This document shows positions 49,234 through 59,644 of a stretch of DNA of 64,000 nucleotides, piece after piece. Under the pieces are notes generated by a model. The model ran no database searches, was not told where the DNA came from, and worked only from the letters and a program-made list of their open reading frames with translations. Location: the NCBI GenBank assembly GCA_048538235.1, contig JBLYPX010000001.1:456013-520012 (forward strand). Direction: 5' to 3'. Position 1 is the first letter of the stretch. Every line of letters begins with the position of its first letter. The translations under genes were made by a program, and so were the position numbers. Source of the DNA: Candidatus Komeilibacteria bacterium (GTDB lineage: Bacteria; Patescibacteriota; Patescibacteriia; UBA1558).

Positions 49234-50130
49234 ATGCAAACACCAAATAACAAACTCATAGTCATATTAGGGCCAACAGCCTCTGGTAAAACCGGGCTAG
49301 CTATTAAGCTTGCTCAAAAATACAATGGGGAGATTATTTCATCCGATTCTCGTCAAATATATAAGAATATGACTATTGGTACAGCTAAGCCTACAAAAGA
49401 CGAAACTGAGGCAATTAAACACCATTTAATAGACTGTACAAAGCCAGATCACAACTTCACATTAGCTGAATTTATTAAAAAAGCTAATAAAGCTATTAAA
49501 TCTATTCAACGTAGGGGAAAAATCCCTTTTTTAGTCGGAGGAACTGGACTATATATATCTTCCATTGTAGATAATTATGATTTACCAAAAGGTAAAATAG
49601 ATTTGGGTTTACGCAAAAGACTTGAGTCTAAATCTAAAAAAGAACTTCTAGAATATTTAGAAGAATTAGATCCGGATACAGCAAACACCATAGACAAAGA
49701 GAACCCTAGGCGTTTAATTAGAGCCCTTGAGTATGTAATAATAAATAAAAAGTCCTTTGCTAATAACCAAAAAACAAATAATTCCCCTTATGATATTTTA
49801 CAAATAGGCATTAATTTAAAGCAACCTGAACTCAATAAAAGGATTGAGCAAAGAACCAATCAAATGATTGAACAAGGCTTGGTAAAAGAAACACAAAAGT
49901 TAATAGACAAATACGACAATACACTTCCCTCTTTAAATACGATTGGCTACCAAGAAATAATCCAATATATAAATAATGAAATAGATTTAAATCAAGCAGT
50001 AGATTTAATAAAAACTCACACTAGACAATATGCCAAGCGTCAAATGACTTGGTTTAAAAGAGATAAAAGAATTAATTGGATAGAATTCCAATGGCAAGCA
50101 GATTCTTTAGTAAATAAATTCCTTAAATAG
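49234..50130 (+). CDS. miaA: tRNA dimethylallyltransferase
   Basis: GPTASGKT, DSRQIY, GTAKP, VGGTGLY, YAKRQMTWF. Confidence 0.97.
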   Translation: MQTPNNKLIVILGPTASGKTGLAIKLAQKYNGEIISSDSRQIYKNMTIGTAKPTKDETEAIKHHLIDCTKPDHNFTLAEFIKKANKAIKSIQRRGKIPFLVGGTGLYISSIVDNYDLPKGKIDLGLRKRLESKSKKELLEYLEELDPDTANTIDKENPRRLIRALEYVIINKKSFANNQKTNNSPYDILQIGINLKQPELNKRIEQRTNQMIEQGLVKETQKLIDKYDNTLPSLNTIGYQEIIQYINNEIDLNQAVDLIKTHTRQYAKRQMTWFKRDKRINWIEFQWQADSLVNKFLK

Positions 50131-50134
50131 AATA

Positions 50135-50392
50135 TTATTTATGAGTTTTACCAATCATACATGAAATGTATGATTTTGCTTTTTTTATTAAATTAGCAGC
50201 TTCTTTGGTACCAGCTTTTGGATAACCCATCTTTGCAAGTATTTTTTCAGCTAAAACCTCATCTCCGTCAAAGCTAACTGTTTGTTCATCAGGACTAACC
50301 TCAATATTTGAAAAGCCATTTTTAGATAACTTATCTTTAATACCAGCAGCACAACCACCGCATTTAATATTTACTACATTTATTGTAGGCAT
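50135..50392 (-). CDS. Heavy-metal-associated (HMA) domain protein
   Basis: NIKCGGC; KAKSYISCMIG. Confidence 0.85.
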   Translation of the reverse strand: MPTINVVNIKCGGCAAGIKDKLSKNGFSNIEVSPDEQTVSFDGDEVLAEKILAKMGYPKAGTKEAANLIKKAKSYISCMIGKTHK

Positions 50393-50402
50393 ATATTTAT
50401 TA

Positions 50403-50696
50403 TTAATAATTAATTTGTTCTATAAATCTATATAGTAAAAAAAGGAAACAAATATTCTGTACAATCATTAACGGTATGCCAAAATAGAAATACCATTTTC
50501 TTGTTTTATGATGAGCCGTAAACATTCCTAAGTATATACCGACTCCACCAAATAAGGCGGCCCAGAAAAATAATACCCCTTCATTTATTCTATCTCTACC
50601 CTTTTTGGCACTTTCTTTATCTAAAACAACTACAAAATAGGATATTATATTAATAACCAATAAAACAACTAAAGATACTATTAAATACATTTCCAT
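50403..50696 (-). CDS. DUF1294-family membrane protein
   Basis: DK..AKK...RI.E..L...GG..G...GM....HKTRK. Confidence 0.88.
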   Translation of the reverse strand: MEMYLIVSLVVLLVINIISYFVVVLDKESAKKGRDRINEGVLFFWAALFGGVGIYLGMFTAHHKTRKWYFYFGIPLMIVQNICFLFLLYRFIEQINY

Positions 50697-50773
50697 AAAT
50701 TTATTATATCATTGTTTATATTTAAACAAAAAACACTCAAATGAAGAGTGTTTTAAATATTTAAAATATAATC

Positions 50774-52477
50774 TTACCAACGACCTCTACCAGATCTTCC
50801 TCTACCTCTATTTCTACCTGACATCTGTTTTCTGTTCTTACTTCTAGCTCTACCACCACCTGATCTACCTCTTCCAGATGTATCTTTTCTAGTAGTTGCT
50901 CTAATATCTATACTCTTACCCTTAAAACTGACACCAGCTAAATACTTAAGCATTTTATCTGCATACTCTCTATCTACAGAAAATATTGTATGATCGTGTA
51001 ATAAACTAATTCTACCAATTTCAACACCTTTTAGATTCTTATTTGAATTTATTAAACTAAATAGTTCTTTAATATTAAAACCATCTCTTCTGCCAAGACC
51101 AATCATAAGTCTTGTCATGTTACCACCTTCACCTCTTAAAGTATTATCTCTCACATCTGCATTAATATCTCTACCAGATTTATGATCGGCAATTAAATCG
51201 CTAAACTTATGGGATATGAATAACTTTATTAAATCATCCTTGTGTACCTTATTTAACTTTTTAATAATCTCAGAAAAATACTTTTCATCTACTTCTGTAC
51301 TAATATCTGTACTTTCAATCTCATCTAAATAATTATTAATTTGCTTCATATAAATCTCATCAACGGTTGGAACTTTCTTGTATTCGATCTTTTTATTCAA
51401 AAGTCTTTCTAAGGCTTTAATTCTACCAACCTCTCTTGGACTAACAATAGATATTGCTATGCCGCTTTGTTTAGCACGTCCTGTTCTGCCGCTTCTATGA
51501 GTATAGCTATTCATCTGATCAGGTAGATTATAATTAATAACATGAGATAAATTATTAATATCTATTCCTCTTGCAGCTACATCAGTAGCAACTAGTAAAC
51601 CAGACTTTTTCTTTTTAAAGCCATCCATTATCTTAGAGCGAATATTCTGTGAAATATCTCCATGCAAAGCCTCTGTATCATAACCAGCTCTTTTTAACTT
51701 TTCTGCAACATTTTGCGTTTCAATTCTGGTTCTACAGAATAATAAACCATAAACACCAGGTAAATTATCTAAAATTCTCTTTAAGGCTTCAAATCTATCT
51801 CTAGCACCTACAACATAATATTCATGAGTTACATTATCTGCACCAATATTATTTTCACCAATGCTAATTTCTTCAGCCTTGCTCATATAATTCTTAGCAA
51901 TTGCAAATACACTTTTAGAAATAGTTGCAGAAAATAGTAAAGTCTGTCTATTTTTTGGTGTTTGTTCTAAAATAGCATCCAAATCATCTTTAAAACCCAT
52001 ATCTAACATTTCATCTGCTTCGTCTAAAACAAGCCACTCAATAGTTTGTAACTTCAAAACATTTCTACGAATAAGATCATGAACTCTACCAGGCGTCCCC
52101 ACTACAATATGTGTTCCTCTTCTTAATGCTTTAATTTGTATATCTATTCTTTCGCCACCATAAACAGGAGTAATATCTATACCCTTAGAATGTTTAGCAA
52201 ACTTTTGCATATCCTGAGATATTTGTATGCATAATTCTCTAGTCGGACACAAAATTATTGCTTGTAAACCACCCTTAACATTAATTTGGTTAAGTATAGG
52301 AATACCAAAAGCACCAGTCTTACCAGTACCAGTTTGTGCTAAAGCTATTAAATCTTTTTTAGATTTTAAAATAAATGGAATACACTTTTCTTGAACCGCT
52401 GATGGTTCAATGAACTCCAATTCATTAAGGCTAGTCATTATATCTGACTTTAAACCTAGTTCTTTAAATTCTGTCAT
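50774..52477 (-). CDS. DEAD-box RNA helicase with DbpA-type RNA-binding domain and RG-rich tail
   Basis: AQTGTGKT, PTREL, TPGR, DEAD, SAT, ARGID, HRSGRTGR; start MTEFKELGL at 52477. Confidence 0.95.
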   Translation of the reverse strand: MTEFKELGLKSDIMTSLNELEFIEPSAVQEKCIPFILKSKKDLIALAQTGTGKTGAFGIPILNQINVKGGLQAIILCPTRELCIQISQDMQKFAKHSKGIDITPVYGGERIDIQIKALRRGTHIVVGTPGRVHDLIRRNVLKLQTIEWLVLDEADEMLDMGFKDDLDAILEQTPKNRQTLLFSATISKSVFAIAKNYMSKAEEISIGENNIGADNVTHEYYVVGARDRFEALKRILDNLPGVYGLLFCRTRIETQNVAEKLKRAGYDTEALHGDISQNIRSKIMDGFKKKKSGLLVATDVAARGIDINNLSHVINYNLPDQMNSYTHRSGRTGRAKQSGIAISIVSPREVGRIKALERLLNKKIEYKKVPTVDEIYMKQINNYLDEIESTDISTEVDEKYFSEIIKKLNKVHKDDLIKLFISHKFSDLIADHKSGRDINADVRDNTLRGEGGNMTRLMIGLGRRDGFNIKELFSLINSNKNLKGVEIGRISLLHDHTIFSVDREYADKMLKYLAGVSFKGKSIDIRATTRKDTSGRGRSGGGRARSKNRKQMSGRNRGRGRSGRGRW

Positions 52478-52663
52478 ATAATTTTTATCTATTCCTGCTT
52501 TAAAGCAGACGCAAAGAATAATATATTTTTTTAACTTTGTCAAGGTGTTTTAGGGTAATCTTAATTAAAACCTTGACTTTCTACCAAATACGTAGTATAA
52601 ATAGTTGTACAACTTTAATGTATTGAAAGCTAATTACCGCTTTTTATAGGCGGTTTTAAATTT

Positions 52664-54454
52664 ATGGAAATAAGAAACATAGCGATTATCGCCCACGTTG
52701 ATCACGGTAAAACAGCCTTAACAGATGCTCTTATGCAACAAACAGGCATGTCTGAATCAACAGTTAGTATGGATAGTGATACCCTTGAAAAAGAAAGAGG
52801 TATTACAATTTATTCTAAAAATACTTCAATCTATTACAAGGATACAAAAATAAATATAGTAGACACTCCCGGTCATGCTGACTTTGGTTCTGAAGTTGAG
52901 CGTGTTTTACGTTCGATAGATTCTGTACTACTAGTGGTAGATGCGCAAGAAGGTCCAATGCCTCAAACAAAGTTTGTTTTAAAGAAATCTTTAGAACTTG
53001 GACTTAAACCTATTGTTGTAATTAACAAGATAGATAAACCTGCGGCTAGACCAGATATTGTTCAAGAACTTGTCTATGAATTGTTTTTAGATTTAGGAGC
53101 TACTGATGAACAATTAGATTTTATTACTCTTTATGCAATAGCTAGAGAAGGAATAGCCCAAATGAATTTAGACGATAACTCTAAAGATTTAACTCCCCTA
53201 CTAGATATAATATTAGAAAAAGTACCTATTGCTTCTACAGAAGATGCAGTTAATAAACCACTTAAAATACAACCATTTAATTTAGCTTATGATAATTTCT
53301 TGGGTAGACTTGCTATCGGTAGAATATATGAAGGTGTTATTAAAGATAATGCTAAGGTTCTAATTAAAAATGTAGATGGCACAGAACGTTCTGGCAAACT
53401 TACTAAATTATTTACCTTTGAGGGTTTAACACGTAAAGAAGTTAAAGAAGCAAAAGCTGGAGATATTGTTTTAATAGCAGGCCTTTCTGACATATTCATT
53501 GGTGAAACAATTTGTGCAAGTTCTGATCAAGAAGTATTACCAGCTATTAATATTGATGAACCTACTATTTCTCTAAACTTACTAGTAAATAATTCACCTT
53601 TTGCTGGCCGTGATGGACAATTTGTAACCAATAGACAAATAAAAGATAGACTAGAAAAAGAATTAGAAGTTAATGTTGGTTTAAAAATAGACTTTTCTGC
53701 AATTGATCATTATAAAGTATATGGTAGAGGTGAAATGCACATAGCTATTCTTCTTGAAAATATGCGACGTGAGAATTATGAGATGCAAATATCTCAACCA
53801 CATGTAATTATTAAAGAAGAAGATGGTGTTAAAGTAGAACCCTTTGAAGAGGTTACTATAAATGTACCTGAAGAAATGTCAGGCATAGTTATTAAAAAAC
53901 TGTCTAAAAGATTCGGTAATATGCTAGAAATGGTACCTGAACACGGTGGTGTAAAAATTATCTTTGAAATACCTACTAGAGGCTTACTTGGTTATAGGAA
54001 TGAATTTGTAGTAGATACTAGAGGTGAAGGTATACTATATACCAGAGTCCTGGGTTTTAAACCATATGTTGGTGAAATTAAAAAAACTGGTGTTGGTTCA
54101 ATGATTTCTATGGCTACTGGTAAAGCACTTGGTTTTTCTCTTTACAATTTACAAAACAGAGGTGTGTTATATATTGGAGCAAATACTGAAGTATATGAAG
54201 GTATGGTTATTGGTAATACAGCCAAGGGTGATGATATGACTGTTAATCCAATCAAAGGCAAACAATTATCTAATATGCGATCATCTGGTGCTGACGAAGC
54301 TATTAACTTAACACCTCCTATGATACTTACCCTTGAAAAAGGTATGAGTATTATGAATAAAGATGAATATTTAGAAATAACCCCTAATAATATTCGCTTA
54401 AGAAAACAAACACTGAATGAGAGTGAAAGAGTAAGAAATAGTAGAAGTAAATAA
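52664..54454 (+). CDS. typA: Translational GTPase TypA/BipA
   Basis: IRNIAIIAHVDHGKT, DTPGHADF, NKID, GRGEMH, PTRGLLG. Confidence 0.97.
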   Translation: MEIRNIAIIAHVDHGKTALTDALMQQTGMSESTVSMDSDTLEKERGITIYSKNTSIYYKDTKINIVDTPGHADFGSEVERVLRSIDSVLLVVDAQEGPMPQTKFVLKKSLELGLKPIVVINKIDKPAARPDIVQELVYELFLDLGATDEQLDFITLYAIAREGIAQMNLDDNSKDLTPLLDIILEKVPIASTEDAVNKPLKIQPFNLAYDNFLGRLAIGRIYEGVIKDNAKVLIKNVDGTERSGKLTKLFTFEGLTRKEVKEAKAGDIVLIAGLSDIFIGETICASSDQEVLPAINIDEPTISLNLLVNNSPFAGRDGQFVTNRQIKDRLEKELEVNVGLKIDFSAIDHYKVYGRGEMHIAILLENMRRENYEMQISQPHVIIKEEDGVKVEPFEEVTINVPEEMSGIVIKKLSKRFGNMLEMVPEHGGVKIIFEIPTRGLLGYRNEFVVDTRGEGILYTRVLGFKPYVGEIKKTGVGSMISMATGKALGFSLYNLQNRGVLYIGANTEVYEGMVIGNTAKGDDMTVNPIKGKQLSNMRSSGADEAINLTPPMILTLEKGMSIMNKDEYLEITPNNIRLRKQTLNESERVRNSRSK

Positions 54455-54517
54455 AATATATACATAAATAAAAAACCACCTCAAATGAGATGGTTTTCTC
54501 TGTAGTACTCTCTTGTA

Positions 54518-55270
54518 TTATTTCTTCTTTGGAGCTGCTTTCTTTTTAGCTGTTGGTTTTTTCTTTGCAGCTTTCTTAACAACCTTCTTTGCTTTTTCTT
54601 TAACAACCTTTTTCTTACTCACTTTCTTAGGCTTACTTACAGTTTTTCTATTCTCACGCTTTGGATTGCTAATAGATTTAGTCTTTGAAGTAGTCTTCTT
54701 ATCAGTTAAAGAGATTTTATGCTTAGTAGTTGGAGCAATTACACTTATTAGTTTATCTAACTTTTCAATTATTTCCTTTAATTGCTTACTATTATCTGGT
54801 CCTTTAGAACCGCCTCTTCCACCACGATCTCTACCACCTTGGTCTTTATTACCGAAACATTCACTACAATAGATTGGCTTATCATTTGTTGGTCTAAATG
54901 GAACTTCACAGTTTTTACCACATTCATCACAGACTGCTTTATGCATTTCTCTATCTGAACGTCCAAATCCACTTCTACCACCTCTGTCTCCACCTCTATC
55001 TCTTCCACCTCTGTCTCCAGCAAATCCACCTCTACCACGGTCTCTACCGCCGCCAGAGTCATTTTCGTGACCTCTAAAACAATCACTACAATAGATTGGC
55101 TTATCATTTGTAGGCTTGAAAGGAACTTCACAATTAACCCCACAATCACTACAAACAGCTTTATGCATTTCTGGTCTTTCACGGTCTCTTCCACCGCCTC
55201 TATTACCACCAAATCCACCTCTACCACGGTCTCTACCGCCGCCTCTGTCATTTCCTCTAGAATAACCCAT
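54518..55270 (-). CDS. Protein with tandem CxxC-x17-CxxC zinc ribbons, RGG repeats and Lys-rich tail
   Basis: Two copies of MHKAVC..CG..CEVPF.P...KPIYCS.CF. Confidence 0.88.
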   Translation of the reverse strand: MGYSRGNDRGGGRDRGRGGFGGNRGGGRDRERPEMHKAVCSDCGVNCEVPFKPTNDKPIYCSDCFRGHENDSGGGRDRGRGGFAGDRGGRDRGGDRGGRSGFGRSDREMHKAVCDECGKNCEVPFRPTNDKPIYCSECFGNKDQGGRDRGGRGGSKGPDNSKQLKEIIEKLDKLISVIAPTTKHKISLTDKKTTSKTKSISNPKRENRKTVSKPKKVSKKKVVKEKAKKVVKKAAKKKPTAKKKAAPKKK

Positions 55271-55382
55271 ATTTTTATAGTTTTAATAATTACTTTTAAC
55301 TGGCAGTAGTATATGCTTTTATTGAATAAATGGCAATAGACGAGCTAATAATAAAAATATATACAATTAGATATCTAATTCT

Positions 55383-55775
55383 TTACTTACAAAAATCATA
55401 ATTATCATAGTTTTCTCTTATAATCTTTTTCCAAGCAATAGTTTCATTACCACCTTTAATATAATTCTTATGATAAACAAGTAATACGATAATTTCTTCT
55501 GTCTTATTATTTACTGCTAAAATACATCTATTCCCTGAATTCTTCTTAGAAACCTTTGTACCAGCTACACGAAACTCTGATTTGCAAATAGAAACATCCC
55601 CCTCAGTAACAATACTGTCTACTATATCTGTTTTTAATAACTCTTCAAGACGTTTAAATTGTTCTATAACACCCCGCCATGTTATATCCCAGTAATTTTT
55701 ATACTTCTTTTGAAATTTCTTTATATAATGACGTTCTGCAAATTCATCAATTTTAACCGAATAGTTAATAGACAT
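55383..55775 (-). CDS. Putative RelE/HigB-like toxin
   Basis: Overlaps the stop of the Panacea gene; K.RVAG..SKK.SGNRCI...VLLVYHK resembles the RelE-fold C-terminal half. Confidence 0.6.
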   Translation of the reverse strand: MSINYSVKIDEFAERHYIKKFQKKYKNYWDITWRGVIEQFKRLEELLKTDIVDSIVTEGDVSICKSEFRVAGTKVSKKNSGNRCILAVNNKTEEIIVLLVYHKNYIKGGNETIAWKKIIRENYDNYDFCK

Positions 55776-56454
55776 GTGTGGGATCCTCTTGAATAATTAA
55801 CTCATATGGTATCAGCTCATCTTGGACACATAGACGATATGGTAATTGTTCGTGAGTAAAATTTACAATTTCACTTGTTCTTTTAGACCGCCACTTTCTT
55901 TCTATCTTTTTAATTAAACTCTTCTCCTCACTTGATAGTGCATTTAATTTTCTCATCTTTGACCCCTCACTTTCATGAATTAAAATAACTTCATCTTTTG
56001 TTCTATCTAAATTTATCTTCCCATCACTTTCTAGTTCATCAAGAGCACGAAAATATAAATCAGGCACTGGTCCAAATTGAATATGTCTATATTGCATACC
56101 ACTCATACTATTTAAATTTTCATAGAACCAGGCAAAATCTGCTAAATATAATAATTTTGCCAGCTTTGTTTTTGGCATTTTACCATCACCTTTTGAGTTT
56201 GCAGAACGTAAATAAAAAAGTATCATCTCTTTATATTTCTCATAATTTGGTAATAGTCCAACTTGCATATCTTCCAGACTTACTCCAAATAAATTTGAGA
56301 GTGTTCGTGCTTCAGAAAGTGACAATTCTTTTTTACCCTGTTCAATAGCTATGAAAGAGGTTCGTGATATTCCCAATTTTTTAGCAATATCATGCTGAGA
56401 CAAACCTTTTTTTTCACGTAAAACTTTTAAAGATTGTATATATGCTGTGATCAT
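55765..56454 (-). CDS. HTH-XRE plus Panacea (DUF4065/SocA) antitoxin
   Basis: LREKKGLSQ..IA..LGISR HTH; KTKLAKLLYLADF, FGPV, FTH. Confidence 0.85.
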   Translation of the reverse strand: MITAYIQSLKVLREKKGLSQHDIAKKLGISRTSFIAIEQGKKELSLSEARTLSNLFGVSLEDMQVGLLPNYEKYKEMILFYLRSANSKGDGKMPKTKLAKLLYLADFAWFYENLNSMSGMQYRHIQFGPVPDLYFRALDELESDGKINLDRTKDEVILIHESEGSKMRKLNALSSEEKSLIKKIERKWRSKRTSEIVNFTHEQLPYRLCVQDELIPYELIIQEDPTHVY

Positions 56455-56602
56455 AAAATATTAATATTAAATTTCTTATATAATTGATAGTAGCATATAG
56501 TCAAGATTCTGTACATTTAGTTGTCCACAGTCCTGACATTAGCAGACTTATAAAAAAATCACCTATTTTCATAGATGATTATATAGTGCGGATTTAAACT
56601 AT

Positions 56603-58054
56603 TTACAACTTACCTAAATCAAGTCTATCCTTAATATCTATATCATCTACAAATTCTTGCATATGACTTATTAATATAATTGCACCTTCATAATTATCTA
56701 ATGCTTTAGCAATTACTGGTATATGTCTAAAATTAATATGATTAGTAGGTTCATCCATTATTAATATATCTGGTTTCATAAGAACAAGTCTAGCAAATGC
56801 TAATAATCCTTTTTGTCCTTCAGATAAATCTCCAACCCTGTGTCCCATTAAATCTCCTGTAATAAGAAAACCAGCAGCAACAGATCTCATATCTTGAGCA
56901 CTATAGCCTTCCCCTCTTGCACTATCTAAGGACTTAATTACAGTCTCTTCAAAATCTAAATTAGAAAAGTTTTGACTATAATAGCCAATAATAGCTTTTG
57001 GATCTATTATAATATCTTCATTGTTATTATCTATTATCTTTCTAAGTAAAGTACTTTTTCCAATTCCATTTGGACCAGATATTAATAATCTACTTTTCTG
57101 TCTTAAAACAATATCTACTTCTTTACGTACTGGTTGATGACTATATATTACATTTAAAGCTTTAATAGTAATAAGTGGTCCTGTAATATCGTGTTTACCA
57201 ATATTAAAGTCTCTAATAGTTCTATCCTCTCTTCTCACATCCACTTTATTATCTTCAAGTTCAATAGTTTCTTCTTTAAGCTTCTTAGCAAGTTTTCTCA
57301 TCTTTCCACCTTTATGTGAAAAGAAATTAACTTTATCTTTTCTATCTTTAATTGTTTTTTCCATTTGAGCATTCTTTTTAAGCTCTCTGGCAATTCTTTG
57401 AGCTATTTCATCTACAACTACATAATAGTTACCAACATAATATTCGGTCTTCTTTGTAAAAGAATCTAAATATATGACACCTTCTGTAAATAGGTTAAGA
57501 AAATCTGCATCATGAGATATTACAATAACTGTTTTATCATAAGTTACTAAAAATGAGATAAGATGATCTATTCCGTCTTGATCTAAATTATTTGTAGGCT
57601 CATCAAGAAGTAATATGTCTGGCTTTTGTATAAGAGCAAAGGCTAGTAATATTCTAGCTTGCTGTCCACCAGACAAATCACCAATTTTTCAATCCATTGG
57701 TATGTCTAAATTAACAGCATCAAGCACTTTAGCTATTTGAGACTTTAAACCAGGTACAATATCTGTAAAAGCTTTTGCAAAGTATTCATCTATAGAAAGA
57801 TCGAAATCTTCATGTTTAACTATTTGTTCAGCTGTAGCTACTGTAGCATCTCCTTTATATGATACTTGCCCTTTCTTTGGCTTTAATTGCCCTTTAATGA
57901 GATTAAATATAGTACTCTTACCTGAACCATTCTGTCCCATTAAAGTAACTTTAGCTCCCTTGCGAATACTAAAATTAGCCTCATCTAGTAGAGGCTTCTT
58001 TTCTTTATATTCAAATGTGACATCGCTAAAACGCAATACTACTTCTTCTGACAT
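56603..58054 (-). pseudogene. ABC-F ATPase interrupted by one in-frame TGA
   Basis: The two track ORFs share a frame: ...LDIPMD-TGA(57691-57689)-KIGDLSGGQQARILL; two Walker A motifs and two DEPTN motifs. Confidence 0.85.
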
Positions 58055-58175
58055 TTCTATACTTTATTTATAACTTCGCTACTATACAGGATATTTTGAT
58101 TAATTTCAAATCCCTAAGGTAAAATACAGAGAATGAAAAAACACCTCATAAAGAGGTGTTTAATTTTAATACAAT

Positions 58176-58709
58176 CTATAAAAGATTTAGAAAGTCTAAT
58201 CCAAGATAACCAACTTCAACATCTGTCATCTGACCACTCCTTAGAATTTCACGAAACTCTTCAATTGTTAAAAGTGCCACCTCAGCATATTCATTCTCTT
58301 CCAATTGCTGTTCTGCAACTTTCTCACAATCTGTAATAACCACGCAAGAACGTTCCATAGTAGAATATGCACAATCCCAAGCTTTTGTTACCAACTTAGA
58401 TTTACCACGATAGCCAGTTTCTTCCAGTAATTCTCTTTCTGCTGCTTGTTCTGGAGTTTCACCCTCATCTATATATCCGCCTGGCAATTCAAATAGTATC
58501 TTATCTGGACCCGGACGATACTGTTTAACTAATATAACTCTATTATCTTTAGTTAATGGTAATATACCAGTTGCTGGACCCTCTTTTTTGATATAGAAGT
58601 CTTTTTCATCACCATCAGGCATTTTAAAAATTACCTCTTCCATCATACGACCATATTTTTTAAATACGATCTTTCTAGATACAATTAACCAATTAACTAT
58701 TTTATTCAT
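58176..58709 (-). CDS. NUDIX hydrolase (ADP-ribose pyrophosphatase-like)
   Basis: QYRP, ELPGG.ID.GE....AA.RELLEETG. Confidence 0.93.
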   Translation of the reverse strand: MNKIVNWLIVSRKIVFKKYGRMMEEVIFKMPDGDEKDFYIKKEGPATGILPLTKDNRVILVKQYRPGPDKILFELPGGYIDEGETPEQAAERELLEETGYRGKSKLVTKAWDCAYSTMERSCVVITDCEKVAEQQLEENEYAEVALLTIEEFREILRSGQMTDVEVGYLGLDFLNLL

Positions 58710-58718
58710 AATATTATA

Positions 58719-59600
58719 TTAATTATTTAAATATTTATCTCCTAAAGCGTTAAACAATTGTTTTTCATGCCTTTTAAACTTTTTATATTTTTCTGGCGTA
58801 CCTATATCTGCAAATAAACTATCCCCATTATTATATGCAAATAATAGGCCACGCTTTATTAATTCTGGTACCATATCCCTATAGACTGATAATCTAGAAT
58901 CTCCAGGTGACCAATCATAAGACTTAATAAAATTAGAATCTATAATGACCATACCAGTACTACTACCCCTAAAACCAGACCACTCCTTAGGCTCTTCTTG
59001 CTCGTCACTACTACCCTCTTTAGTATAAACTACTTTACCACTTTCATCTACAAAAAAAGCATTTTCATTAGGAACACCTTTAGCTGTTGTCAAAACTATT
59101 GTTGCAGTAGCTCCCGACTGCTCGTGTTGAGCAAGTAAACTGTCTAGTCTATCTACATATAAGACTGTATCAACATTCTCTATAAGTACATTTTTACCAA
59201 CATTTTCCACCTGTCTTACAGCTTTAATTAAATCTCCCCCTGTATCCTCTTGAGTTGCTGTATCCACTATATCTAATCTTTCATCATCAATATCATTCTC
59301 TGAATAATAATCTGCTATATTTGTATGATCACCAGCTCCTACAATAATATTTTTAAAATTCAATTTTAATAGTAAATCTGTATGATTCTTAATCATAGGT
59401 TGTTCATTAAACTCAATCATAGCCTTAGCTATACCCTTTTTATCTTTTGGTAAAACAGGCTCAAGTCTAGTTCCTCTTCCACCAGCATTAATATATACAG
59501 TAGTCTCTTTAAATAATCTTTCTACCTCTCTTAAAGCATCAGCAGAATTCTCTTCCTCTAAACTATTTAATTGTTGTTTTTCAAAATCCATAATCACCAT
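58719..59600 (-). CDS. NDP-sugar pyrophosphorylase-family nucleotidyltransferase
   Basis: NAGGRGTRL.P...K, DTGG, DIGTPE. Confidence 0.85.
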   Translation of the reverse strand: MVIMDFEKQQLNSLEEENSADALREVERLFKETTVYINAGGRGTRLEPVLPKDKKGIAKAMIEFNEQPMIKNHTDLLLKLNFKNIIVGAGDHTNIADYYSENDIDDERLDIVDTATQEDTGGDLIKAVRQVENVGKNVLIENVDTVLYVDRLDSLLAQHEQSGATATIVLTTAKGVPNENAFFVDESGKVVYTKEGSSDEQEEPKEWSGFRGSSTGMVIIDSNFIKSYDWSPGDSRLSVYRDMVPELIKRGLLFAYNNGDSLFADIGTPEKYKKFKRHEKQLFNALGDKYLNN

Positions 59601-59644
59601 TATTTACAATTTTAACTATTAACTCTGTTTCAGGTAAAAGTATA

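Noticed and set aside
56552-56595. Hairpin resembling 60475-60506 followed by tagtgcggat, as a third att-like motif
   Set aside because: Lacks the GGA-N8-GAAC part; best explained as the ABC-F terminator.
57689-57691. Alternative genetic code (UGA = Gly or Trp)
   Set aside because: Only one such in-frame TGA was seen; other genes end in TGA at expected lengths and long genes are uninterrupted under code 11.
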